NCBI GenBank assembly: GCA_016235455.1
Contig: JACRKZ010000038.1
Span: 1 to 35,567 of the forward strand
Direction of reading: 5' to 3'
DNA length: 35,567 nucleotides
Origin: Armatimonadota bacterium
GTDB taxonomy: Bacteria; Armatimonadota; UBA10988
Notes under the pieces: generated by a model
What the model was told of the DNA's origin: nothing
Seen by the model: only the letters and a program-made list of their open reading frames with translations
Database searches by the model: none
Position numbers and translations under genes: made by a program
Part shown: positions 15,542-25,085 of the stretch, piece by piece
Layout of the letters: each line of letters opens with the position of its first letter
How positions within the stretch are numbered: the stretch's first letter is position 1

Positions 15542-18420
15542 CTATCCCCCCACCGCCCGCGCCAGCGCCAGGCCCAGTTCGCTGTGCCCATACGGCTTGG
15601 CCAGCACGGTCACCACGCCCGCCTCGGCGGCTTCGTCGGGGCTGATGCGCGCGGAGAAGCCCGAGGCGATGATGATCGGCAGGTCGGGCCGCAGGCCATG
15701 GGCCGCGCGCGCCAGGTCCATGCCCAGCATGTTGGGCATGGTCTGGTCGGTGATCAGCACGTCGAAGGCGTCGGGCGTCTCACGCAGCCAGGCCAGCGCC
15801 TCGGCCGGGTCGCGCGTGAGCCGGGCGTCGTAGCCCATGACTCGCAGAAGCGAGGTGGCCACGCTGACCAGAGCCGGCTCGTCGTCGACGAACAGCACCC
15901 GCCCGCCACAGGCCAGGCTGCGCGCGGGCGGCGCGGGCGCGGCGTGGGTCGTGGTCTCGGGCGCCTCGTCGGTGGCAGGCAACCAGACGCGGAAGGTGCT
16001 GCCGTGGCCAGGTTCGCTGTAGACGGTGATGGCGCCGCCATGGCTGGTGACGATGCCGTGCGAGGTGGACAGGCCCAGGCCGGTGCCCTCGCCGGGCGCC
16101 TTGGTGGTGAAGAACGGGTCGAAGATGCGGTCGCGCGTCGCGGCATCCATGCCGCAGCCGGTGTCGGCCACGGCGAGCACGACGTAGCGGCCGGGCGCCA
16201 GTCCCGCCATGGCCTGCGCCGACGCCTCACCCACCTCCTCCGCGGACAGACCGACGGTCAGCAGGCCGCCGGACGGCATGGCCTGGGCGGCGTTGGTGCA
16301 GAGATTGAGCAACACCTGATGGATCTGAGCGGGATCGGCCAGCGCCGGCGGCGTCTCCGGGTCGAGTTCGATGCGCAGCTCGATGTTGGCGCCGAGTGCG
16401 GCGCGCAACATGCGCAAGGCCTCGTGGATGAGCGGCTCAAGGTGCGTTGGCGCGGGCGATAGCGTTGCCTGGCGGCTGAAGGCGAGGATCTGCCGCACCA
16501 GTTCTCGGGCGCGCTGGACCCCGACGAGCACGTTGGCCAGGTTCTCCTGAGCCTCCGGGTGGGCGGCGACCAGGGGCTGAGTCAGCTCGGTGTAGCCGAG
16601 GATCGCCGCGAGGATGTTGTTGAAGTCGTGGGCGATGCCGCCGGCCAGCACACCCAGGCTCTCCAGGCGCTGCGCGCGGCGCAGTTGCTCCTCGAGCCGG
16701 GCCTGGGCCTGCTCAGCGGACTTGGCCTCGCTGACGTCGCGCACGGTGCCGCGCAGGCGCACCGCATGCGGTCGAAGCGTTGCCCGCTGGCCGTAACCTC
16801 GGCCAGGTAGGCCAAGACCTCGGCGCTGTCTTCGGGATGCAGCAGGTCGCGCCAACGGCCGCCACCGCGCGCGTACCCGGTTGGCAGGCCGAAGATGGTC
16901 TCCAACATCGGCGAGACGGTCCACGTCTGGGCCTGCCAATCGACCAGGTAGCTGCCGACGCGTGCCGCCTCCTGCGCCTCGCGGACCAGGCCTTCGCTGT
17001 CGCGCAGCGCCTGGTTGGCCGCGCGCAGGTCGGTGACGTCGGTGAAGGTGGCGAAGCACTGGTACGGCCGCTCTTCACCGGCATGGAACTGGGGCACGGC
17101 GCTGACCATCAGCCAGCGATGGGCGTCGTCGACCGGGTTGTAGACCCCGAACATCACGTCACGCACTTCCCGGCCGGTACGTAGCGCAATCATGGCGGGG
17201 TGCTCTGTGCCGGGCAGGTCGGTGCCGTCCTCACGCACCGTGCGCCAGTGAGGATCGAGCGAGGAGCGGCCGAGCATCTGGTCCATGGTCAGGCCCAGGA
17301 TGCGGCAGGCCGACGCATTGGCCTGCTCCACCCGGCCGTCGGCGTCCTGGTAGACCGCGCCTTGCGCCATCTCGTCGAACAGGAAGCGGAAGCGTGCCTC
17401 GCTCTCGGCCAGCGCGGCAGCTTGGAGGTGACGACTGGTCACATCGAGGAACATGGCGGCCATGAACCCAGGCTGGGTCTGGAAGGCATGGACCTCGTAG
17501 GCGCCGTGGACTCGCTGGTCGTCGTACACAACCTGCTCGGTCCGCCACGGCACGCCGTCGCGCGCGACGGCGCGATAGCGCGCGGGCACCTCGGTGGCGA
17601 CCAGCGGCGGGAAGGCCTCTTCGATCGTCAGCCCCTCGAAGGGCGCGTGATCAATGCCCAGTATGGCGCAGGCCGCCGGGTTGGCGGCCCGGAAGACCAG
17701 GCGGTCATCGGGCATCAACTCATATAGGTGCACCCCCATGGGCGACGCCTCGAGGATGCGCGTGAAGCGCGTGTCGGCCTCGGCCAGGGCCAACTCGGCG
17801 CGGCGCTGCTCGGTCACGTCGTGGGTGATGCCCTGCACGGCCACGAGTCTGCCGTCGGCATCGTAGATGGGCGTGCAGCGGACTTGGGCCAGGTACTCGC
17901 TGCCATCCTTGCGGCGGTGCACCAGATCGTAGCGCGTGGGCGCCGGAAGCAGCTTCCCCGTCACGCGGTCGCCAAACGCGCTGAGCGCCAAGGCGGCGCT
18001 CTCGCCGCTCAGGAAGTCGCTGAGCGGCCGGCCCACCACCTCGTCTGGCTGGTAACCGCTCATCCCGATGACCGCCGGGCTGACATAGGTGATACGGCCA
18101 GCCAGGTCGACACGCCAGACACAGCCGTCCACATTGTGGACCAGCGAACGCCAGGCCTCATCGGCGGCGCTCAACACGCGCTGCCGGGCGCCAGCGGCAG
18201 CCTGGCTCAGGCGCACCGTCACGGCTACGCACAGCGCCACGCATACGGCCGTCACGGCGCTGTGCAACCAGCCCGACATCGGGCCCACCCGGTGTACCGC
18301 CGTCACGACCAGCGCGGTCAGCAGCGACGCAGTGACGGCGACCTGCAGTGGCGCCAGAACCGCCGTGCCTGGCGCCCCCTGTGTCGCCTCGCCCAAGCGG
18401 CTTGCGTCGTCGCCGGCCAT
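15542..18420 (-). pseudogene. Membrane-anchored multi-PAS hybrid histidine kinase (2 TM, 4 PAS, HisKA, HATPase, REC) split by an internal deletion with frameshift near 16765
   Basis: 5' frame: two TMs and PAS repeats ending ...ASGQRFDR. 3' frame resumes HAVRLRGTVRDVSE, LAGGIAHDFNNIL (H box), [43 protein letters not shown]. The EYR..DG..RWV part of the last PAS/PAC is missing. GGGAGG RBS before ATG 18420. Confidence 0.87.
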
Positions 18421-18615
18421 GCACGACCTCCCACGGGAATGCACGGGTTCTCGACCCGTTGCCCTAATATGGACTGTCGGCGGTGAAATCGCAAGTCGGC
18501 GAGAAGCGGGCCAGGTCTAGCGCCACGCCCCGCGGTGAGTCAGACTGAAGGCTCAGGTTGACACCGCGGAGCCGCGCGGCGTCTGTCGTCGGGGCGTTGG
18601 CCGAGGAGAACGGAC

Positions 18616-21600
18616 ATGGGTCGTCGAGTTGTGCTGGTGGTGATGGCGCTGTGGTGTTGCAGCCAGATGGCGTTGGCCGCGGTGGTCCAGGGCGTGGTGA
18701 ACGGCCCGGACGGCAAGCCGGTGGCGGGCGCCCTCGTGGCGCTGAGTGACCCTGATAGCAACAGCCCGTGGCGCCTGGCGACCACACGCTCGGCCGCCGA
18801 CGGTCGCTTCACCTTCGATCTGCCTGGTCGCGAACAACTCGCCGAATGCACGCTGGTGGCCACGAGCGACGCGGGCTGCGGCGCCGCGCTGCGCGGTGAG
18901 GCGGCCCAGGTGACCGTCGAGATCAAGGCCTGGAGCACGGCCGCTGGCCGCGTCGTGGCCACGGGCGGCAAGCCCGTGGCCGGGGCTGAGGTGGCACTGC
19001 GGCTGATCGGGACGGGTGACGACGGCAATGTCGCCAGTTGGCCCGAAGAGGCGCCGTGGCCGCAGTTGCAGACCACCACCGACGCTGACGGCCGCTGGAC
19101 GCTGGCCAGATTCCCGGGCAGCGGCGGCAACGTGCGCGTGCGGCACCCCGACTACGCCGAGGCCTGGTCGCCGGTGACCGCGGGTGACGATGGCCAGGGC
19201 GACCCGACCGAACTCGAGCTGGCCGCGAGCCTCGCCGGCCGCGTCACCGGTCCCGACGGCAAGCCAGTGGCCGGCATCGCCGTGATGGCCTTTGAACGTG
19301 GTCACGTGGGCATCGTGGACACGGCGCGCACTGGGGCCGACGGTCGCTACAGGATCACCGGGCTGCCCGAGGGCGCCCTCTCGGTCGGCTTACTCGACGG
19401 CAGCGGCGCCGTGGTGGCCATGCCGCGGCCCAAGGTCAGGCTCAAGGCCGGCACGACCACCGAGGGGGTCGACTTCGCCGGCGTGCCCGGCCAGTTGCTG
19501 ACAGTCACTGTGGTCGACAGCGCCAGCGGCCGGCCGGTACCCAACGTGGCCGTGACGGGCGGGCTGGAGCAGGGACCGTTGCCCGAAGACCCGCCGCTCT
19601 TCACCGACGCGCAGGGACGCCTGGTGCTTCATGCGTTGCCGGGCACTGCCTACCTCAACGCGCGGCCGGTCAGCCCCTGGCTGGACCTCAGCGAGCAAGT
19701 GGCCGAGATCCAGGTCGAGGCAGGCAAGGCGCCTGCGCCCGTGACGCTGAAGATCGAGCGCGGCCAGATCGCCTCGGGGAAGCTGGTCGACGAGGCCGGT
19801 GCGGCGGTTGGCCGCGCGGCGATCAGCGTGACCGTGGGTGAGGCCGCCGCCTTCTGCCACGCCGAGACCAACGAGGCCGGCGTGTTCAGCATCGGGCCGC
19901 TGCCCAAGAGCGGCGCGCTGCAGATCACCGTCACCGAAGACAACGGCTTCGAGCGCTGGGACGGTCGGGCCAACGCCGCCGAACTGAACCCCGCCGACTG
20001 GAAGCTGACGGTGCCCGTGGTGGCGCGGACCACGGTGGCCGGGCGTGTCGTCGACGCCGCCGGCCGGCCGCTGGCCGAGGCCACGGTCACGCTCAGCAGC
20101 CTGGCCAACGCCAACCCGAACCATCCAAGCATCACCGACCAGACGGCCACCTCCGATGCTGAAGGCAAGTTCAGCTTCGAACGGCTGCCGGCCGCGCTCG
20201 ACTACCGGGCGCTGGCCGCCAAGGAAGGCTACCGCTACCAGCGCGGCGGCGGACAGACCACCGCGCGCGTGCCAACGCATCTCGACGACATCGTCATGCA
20301 GGGCCTGACCGGCAAGGTGTCCGGTACGGTCACCGATGCCGCGGGCAAGCCGGTGGCCGAGGCCACGGTGCTGGCCGTGGGCTACACGGACCGCTCGGCG
20401 ACCACCGACGAGGCCGGGCGGTTCACGCTGAGCAAGCTGCCGCCGGGCCCCGTGCGCCTGGTGGCACTCAGCGGCCGGCGGGCGGCCGACCTGACCAGCC
20501 GCACGGGCGAGGGCAACGCCGCGCTGAAGCTGCGCGCGGTGCGTGCGCCGAGCGAGGACGAGGAGCGCGACCTGGCCGAAGACCTGCTGCACGCCGCCTG
20601 GAAGGACTCCGCCAAGATCGAGTGGTACGATCGCACGCTGGTGCCGGGCGCTATGGCCCGGTTCGATCCCGCCGCGGCCACGGCCATGCTGGCTGAGCTC
20701 AACGCCAAGGACCAGACTGTCGCCGATCTGCTCACGGCCGGGCTCATCGACGGCCTGCGCGTGGCGCCCAGCGCCATGCTGCCGGCGCTGAAGCTGGCCG
20801 ATGGCCTGCCGCTCGCGCGGCGCGCCCATCTGCGCCTGGTGGCCGCGCTTATGCTGTTGGACGGCCCCGAGTCGGCCCAGGCGGCCAAGCTCTTCGAGAC
20901 CACGCCTCTGCCGCCCGGCGCGGGCCAACTGACGCAGGCGGCCCGCGCCGTGCTGGCCGCGCGCCTGGGCCAGGGCGACGGCATCGGCCAGCTCAAGCAG
21001 GCGCTGGCCGGCGATGTCGACGAAGAAGCCCTGAGCATGTGGGCCATCAGCCTGGCCTGGGTGGCTGGCGGCCGCGCCGATATCCTCGCCGGGCTGACCG
21101 CCAAGCTGCAGCCCGAGCAGGCGGTGCTGGTGCGGCTGGCGGGCGCGCTGGGCGTGAGCCACAGCCAGCCGGCGCTGGCGGCCACCTTGCTCCGCGAGGC
21201 GCTCGCCGCCGAGGTGCTGCAGACCGACGACGCGCCCGACCTGGCCCTGGGCATCGTCCGCACGGCGCTGGCGCGCACGCTGGCCGCCCTGCCTGCCGCC
21301 GAGGCGTCGGCGCTGGCCGCCGCGCTGCCGGAGCGCTTCCGGGCGGCCGCGCAACTGCTCAACGCCGCCCGCGCCGAGGCCGGCGAGGTGGAGCAGCGCG
21401 TGGGCGCGGCCATCAAGGCCGGGCCGCCGTGGGCGCTGCTGCCGCTAGCCTCGTCCGCCGCGCCGCGCGCCGCGCGCGCCTGGCTGGACAAACGCGCGGC
21501 CGACGAGGAGGGCGACTACGGCGACGAGCAGGCAGTGCTCGCGGCGCGTGGGCTGCTCGACCCCATGGCCGCCCGCCTGGAGATCGAGCAGGCGGTGAGC

Positions 21601-21846
21601 AGCGAGCCCGAGTCGGCGGTGGCCGCCGTGCCGGCGCCGGATCACCTCGTGGCCATGGCGCAGGTTGACCTGGTCCGCGCCCGGGAGCTGGCCGGCGCCA
21701 TCGCGGACGCCGCCGACCGCTGCTCCGCCCAGTTGGCGCTGGCCCGCCATCTGGCGCGCGCCGGGCGCGAGCGCTGGGTCGCGTCATATGCCATGACAGA
21801 TAGCGCCGAAGACTTCCTAAGGACTGTGCTCCTCTCGACCGACTAG
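18616..21846 (+). CDS. Large exported protein with about 7 carboxypeptidase-regulatory-like (transthyretin-like) repeats and an Ala/Leu-rich helical C-terminal half
   Basis: GAGGAG RBS; signal peptide (..QMALAA); repeated G.V....GKPVAGA.V ... T.ADGRF/Y units over about the first 640 residues. Confidence 0.85.
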   Translation: MGRRVVLVVMALWCCSQMALAAVVQGVVNGPDGKPVAGALVALSDPDSNSPWRLATTRSAADGRFTFDLPGREQLAECTLVATSDAGCGAALRGEAAQVTVEIKAWSTAAGRVVATGGKPVAGAEVALRLIGTGDDGNVASWPEEAPWPQLQTTTDADGRWTLARFPGSGGNVRVRHPDYAEAWSPVTAGDDGQGDPTELELAASLAGRVTGPDGKPVAGIAVMAFERGHVGIVDTARTGADGRYRITGLPEGALSVGLLDGSGAVVAMPRPKVRLKAGTTTEGVDFAGVPGQLLTVTVVDSASGRPVPNVAVTGGLEQGPLPEDPPLFTDAQGRLVLHALPGTAYLNARPVSPWLDLSEQVAEIQVEAGKAPAPVTLKIERGQIASGKLVDEAGAAVGRAAISVTVGEAAAFCHAETNEAGVFSIGPLPKSGALQITVTEDNGFERWDGRANAAELNPADWKLTVPVVARTTVAGRVVDAAGRPLAEATVTLSSLANANPNHPSITDQTATSDAEGKFSFERLPAALDYRALAAKEGYRYQRGGGQTTARVPTHLDDIVMQGLTGKVSGTVTDAAGKPVAEATVLAVGYTDRSATTDEAGRFTLSKLPPGPVRLVALSGRRAADLTSRTGEGNAALKLRAVRAPSEDEERDLAEDLLHAAWKDSAKIEWYDRTLVPGAMARFDPAAATAMLAELNAKDQTVADLLTAGLIDGLRVAPSAMLPALKLADGLPLARRAHLRLVAALMLLDGPESAQAAKLFETTPLPPGAGQLTQAARAVLAARLGQGDGIGQLKQALAGDVDEEALSMWAISLAWVAGGRADILAGLTAKLQPEQAVLVRLAGALGVSHSQPALAATLLREALAAEVLQTDDAPDLALGIVRTALARTLAALPAAEASALAAALPERFRAAAQLLNAARAEAGEVEQRVGAAIKAGPPWALLPLASSAAPRAARAWLDKRAADEEGDYGDEQAVLAARGLLDPMAARLEIEQAVSSEPESAVAAVPAPDHLVAMAQVDLVRARELAGAIADAADRCSAQLALARHLARAGRERWVASYAMTDSAEDFLRTVLLSTD

Positions 21847-21894
21847 ATCCTCTAGGAGCCATGACTAGCTACTTGACGAGCGGAGCGACCGGTC

Positions 21895-21912
21895 TGTCGG
21901 CTTTTCCGACGA
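21895..21912. promoter_or_regulatory. Palindromic motif TGTCGGCTTTTCCGACGA, copy 1, upstream of porin gene 1
   Basis: GTCGG-N5-CCGAC core; identical 18-mer at 22970-22987. Confidence 0.65.
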
Positions 21913-21996
21913 CCGGTGGCCCGCCCGTGCCGCGGCGTTGTTGTTGGGGCGCCATAGGGCCAGCTAGCCGGGCTCTATCTTGAGAGGAGAGCACCT

Positions 21997-22917
21997 TTGA
22001 CTCGTGCCATCGTTGCCGTCTTGGCAATGTGCCTGCTGACCCTGGGTCGATCCGAAGCCAAGGACCCGAGCGCTGACTGGAAGTTCAAGGCGATCATCCA
22101 GACCGACTTCCGGTTCGATCCCCGCGCCGAACCCGTCTTCAAGTGGCGCCGCGTACGCGGCATCGCCACCGGCCCCCTGAGCAGCCGCTCGTATGCCAAG
22201 GTCCAGGTGGACCGCTCCATCGGCAAGCTGCGCTTCTTTGACCTGTTCACCAACTGGACAGCCGTCAAGGGCCCGGCCAATGTCGACTTGACGCTCGGCC
22301 TGTTCTTCCCCGCGTTCGCCAGGGACGGCTGGGAGCTGCCTAAGGGCATCGACTATGCGTATGTCACCGAGGCGCTCGGACTGCAGTTCCGCCAAGGCGG
22401 CTTCCAGGCCGCGGCCACGTTCGGTAAGCGCTACCAGCTGGCAACCGGTGTCTTCAACGGCGCGCAGACGCTGCTCAACGACCCCAACGATCGTCCGCTC
22501 TATCTGCTCTCGGCGAGCATGATGCGGCCGACCTACAAGGCCCGCGTGTGGGGCATGGCTGGCTATGACGGCACCACCGCCTTGCAGCAGAAGACTTGGA
22601 TGTACGGCGTCGAGTTGACCGAGGTGCAGTGTGGACGGCTGTTCGCCGAAGGCTCGTGGATGGCCGGCGAGCGGTTCGGCCGCAAGGTCAGCGGAGCTTA
22701 CGGCGACCTGGGCTGGCGCTTTGGCCCGGACACCTCCGTCTTCGCACGCGCCGAGTGGTGCGACCGCAACATCGCTACCCCGGGCGCCGACCGCACGCGC
22801 TTCACGCTGAGCGCGCAGCAGCGGCTGTGCAAGTACGTGGTCGGCAAGTGGGACACGCAGTACCAGGCTGACAACGGTGACGTGCGCGGCGTGGGCCAGT
22901 TGGACATGCGCTTCTAG
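21997..22917 (+). CDS. Outer-membrane beta-barrel, OprO/OprP-like porin (paralog 1)
   Basis: AGGAG RBS with TTG start; signal peptide; FKWRRVRGIATG resembles the F..RR.R...G motif of porin O/P; alternating aromatic strands; C-terminal Phe (QLDMRF). Confidence 0.75.
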   Translation: MTRAIVAVLAMCLLTLGRSEAKDPSADWKFKAIIQTDFRFDPRAEPVFKWRRVRGIATGPLSSRSYAKVQVDRSIGKLRFFDLFTNWTAVKGPANVDLTLGLFFPAFARDGWELPKGIDYAYVTEALGLQFRQGGFQAAATFGKRYQLATGVFNGAQTLLNDPNDRPLYLLSASMMRPTYKARVWGMAGYDGTTALQQKTWMYGVELTEVQCGRLFAEGSWMAGERFGRKVSGAYGDLGWRFGPDTSVFARAEWCDRNIATPGADRTRFTLSAQQRLCKYVVGKWDTQYQADNGDVRGVGQLDMRF

Positions 22918-22969
22918 CGACCCATTCGCGGTCGCCATGACAGCCCGTTACGTCGGGCACGGCCCGCCG

Positions 22970-22987
22970 TGTCGGCTTTTCCGACGA
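22970..22987. promoter_or_regulatory. Palindromic motif TGTCGGCTTTTCCGACGA, copy 2, upstream of porin gene 2
   Basis: Exact copy of 21895-21912 in an otherwise diverged intergenic region. Confidence 0.65.
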
Positions 22988-23080
22988 GAAGCCGCGCGGC
23001 GGGCCGGTCACATACTTGCCAGACAGTCTCCCCGGATCCCGCGGCACCAGCGCGCGGGGTCGCTCGGAAGGGAGACTTTT

Positions 23081-24004
23081 GTGAAGCGTGCCATTCTCGT
23101 CGGCCTCGTGGCCGGCACCTTGCTCATGGGGCAGGCCGGCGCCAGGGACTGGAGCAGCCAGTGGAAGTTCGGCGCCGTGCTGGAGCCCGAACTCCGCTTC
23201 AAGGATGGCGCCGAGCCGCGCTTCCTGTGGAAGCGCGTGCGCGGCATCGCGCGCGGCCCGCTCAGCAGCCGGGTCAACGCCTTCATTCAGTTCGACGATG
23301 CACGCAACCGCGTGCGCCTGATGGACGGCCTGATCGACTACAACGCCATCAAGGGCGGCCCGGTCGACCTGACCTTCCGCATCGGCCAGGGCTACCCCGC
23401 CTACGCCGAGGACGGCTGGGCAGCGCCGGTCGGTATCGACTACACCTTCATGTCCGAGCAGCTCAAGCTGCCGTACCGCATGTCGCAGGTGCAGGCCACG
23501 ATCACCGCCAACCGGCGCTACCAGTTCAACGTCGGCATCCTCAACGGCTCGCACTCGCTGCTGGCCGGGCCCAACGACCGGCCCATGTTCCTGCTGGGCT
23601 CGAGCCTCATTGGCCGTTCGGGCACGGCGCACGCGTGGGGCATGACCGGCTTCGATCGCATCGCGGGCGCCGAGTACAAGTCGTGGATGTACGGTCTCGA
23701 ACTCACCAACCTGCACCGCGGCCGACTGTTCGGCGAGGGCGCCTGGATGTCCGCCGACCGCTTCGGCAAGAAGATGAACGGGGTGTACGGCGACATCGGC
23801 TACAAGTTCAACAAGGACGCGCTGGCCTTCATGCGCCTCGAGTGGTGCGACACCGATGTGAAGACGGCGGGCGCCATTCGCCAGCGCTGGTCGCTCTGCG
23901 CCCAGCAGCGGCTCAACCCGTGGATCGTGCTCAAGTGCGACGTGCGCTATGAGCAGGGCACCGGTCACTTCGAGAGCAACAACCAGCTCGACATCCAGTT
24001 CTAG
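23081..24004 (+). CDS. Outer-membrane beta-barrel, OprO/OprP-like porin (paralog 2)
   Basis: GGAAGGGAG RBS with GTG 23081; signal peptide; colinear with paralog 1 (RVRGIA.GPLSSR, PNDRP, WMYG.ELT, EWCD, AQQRL); ends QLDIQF. Confidence 0.75.
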   Translation: MKRAILVGLVAGTLLMGQAGARDWSSQWKFGAVLEPELRFKDGAEPRFLWKRVRGIARGPLSSRVNAFIQFDDARNRVRLMDGLIDYNAIKGGPVDLTFRIGQGYPAYAEDGWAAPVGIDYTFMSEQLKLPYRMSQVQATITANRRYQFNVGILNGSHSLLAGPNDRPMFLLGSSLIGRSGTAHAWGMTGFDRIAGAEYKSWMYGLELTNLHRGRLFGEGAWMSADRFGKKMNGVYGDIGYKFNKDALAFMRLEWCDTDVKTAGAIRQRWSLCAQQRLNPWIVLKCDVRYEQGTGHFESNNQLDIQF

Positions 24005-24015
24005 CCCGGCGGCAC

Positions 24016-24098
24016 GGTCCGCGGGGAGCACACCCCCCCGGTCAGGCGTGGCCCCCCCGGCCGCGCGCCGCTGAGGGCGGTGGTACTCCCCGCGGGCC
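24016..24098 (+). other. Long imperfect RNA hairpin after porin 2 (terminator or mRNA-stabilising structure)
   Basis: Outer stem GGTCCGCGGGGAGCAC / GTACTCCCCGCGGGCC; inner stem GCGTGGCC / GGCCGCGC around a C-run loop. Confidence 0.55.
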
Positions 24099-24120
24099 CA
24101 CCGAGGTTGGTGGTGGGGTT

Positions 24121-24136
24121 GGGCAGTCTGGTTGCA
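24121..24136 (+). promoter_or_regulatory. Candidate sigma54 -24/-12 promoter
   Basis: gGGCAgtctggTTGCA has exact GG-N10-GC spacing with GGCA and TTGCA. It lies about 40 nt before the first gene of a cluster encoding a sigma54 activator. Confidence 0.5.
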
Positions 24137-24177
24137 GAGCACCTGATACGGGCTAGCGGCCCGGACTAGGGATCATT

Positions 24178-24612
24178 GTGGCGGACCGCATCGCGCAGGT
24201 ATTGGCTGACCAGATCGAGGCGATTTGCGCCAATGCCAGCGCGCGTCTGACGGGCCGGGCCGAGTTCGCGGGCGATCAGCGCCACCTGGCCGCCGCGCTG
24301 TCGACGTTGGCCGCTGCGCTCATCGATGCCGCGCGCGACGACCAGCCGGAACGACTGTCCGACGCGGCTCTGGCGCTCGGTCGCGACGATGGCGACCCGT
24401 GCCGCGGCTACGGACGCGTGCAACTGCTGCTGGACGTGCTGTGCAGTGAGTCGGTCGAGGCTCTGCGCCGCGTGGTGCTCGGGTCGGAAGGCAAGGAAGC
24501 CTCAGCCCGCCTGCGCGGATTGCTCGGCCCGGCCATGCTGGGTTTGGCCGACCTGTGTCGCCAGACCGACCAAGCCGGCCCGCCCGAGGCGGGTGCGGAG
24601 CGGGGATCTTGA
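24178..24612 (+). CDS. Small all-helical hypothetical protein (possibly RsbRD_N/globin-like sensor domain)
   Basis: Ala/Leu-rich amphipathic helices (DRIAQVLADQIEAI...), 4 Cys, AGGGA before GTG; first gene of the signalling cluster. The fold assignment is a guess. Confidence 0.6.
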   Translation: MADRIAQVLADQIEAICANASARLTGRAEFAGDQRHLAAALSTLAAALIDAARDDQPERLSDAALALGRDDGDPCRGYGRVQLLLDVLCSESVEALRRVVLGSEGKEASARLRGLLGPAMLGLADLCRQTDQAGPPEAGAERGS

Positions 24613-24625
24613 GGCAAGCGCCGCG

Positions 24626-25006
24626 ATGGCCGACGGACGAGTCCTAGTCGTCGACGACGAGCCCGACCACGGCTTGACCGTGCGAGCCATTCTCGCGCGC
24701 GATGCCGTGGCGGTCGATTTCGCGGCCAGCCCCGAGGACGCCCTGGCCCAGGCCTGCCAGCAGACCTACGACGTGGCCATCCTCGACCTGCGCATGCCCG
24801 GCCGCGACGGCCTGTCACTGATGCACGCACTGCGTCGCGGCCAGCCCAGCCTGCGCGTGATCATCCTCACCGCCTATCCCAGCCCGACCACCTGCCGCAC
24901 CGCGCTGACCGAGGGTGCGTCGGCCTATCTGGAGAAGCCTTGCGCCCCCGAGGCGCTGCGCGCCATGGTGGCGTCACTGCTGGCCCAATCGTCCAAGTCG
25001 CCGTAA
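24626..25006 (+). CDS. Single-domain response regulator
   Basis: RVLVVDDE, YDVAILDLRMPGRDG, ILTAY, AYLEKP. Probable start ATG 24626. Confidence 0.9.
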   Translation: MADGRVLVVDDEPDHGLTVRAILARDAVAVDFAASPEDALAQACQQTYDVAILDLRMPGRDGLSLMHALRRGQPSLRVIILTAYPSPTTCRTALTEGASAYLEKPCAPEALRAMVASLLAQSSKSP

Positions 25007-25085
25007 CGCCGACCCCGGCACGCGCTACAATGGCACTGGCGCAGCCGGCCGCCGGCACCGTGCCGCCGACGCACCAGGATGGACC

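Noticed and set aside
21895-22987. CRISPR-like repeat pair
   Set aside because: Only two 18-bp copies separated by a whole gene, with no spacers and no cas genes.
25031-25045. Second sigma54 promoter TGGCAC-tggcgca-GC before the kinase
   Set aside because: Spacing fits, but the -12 element lacks TT and it overlaps a better sigma70-type TACAAT. Too weak to call.
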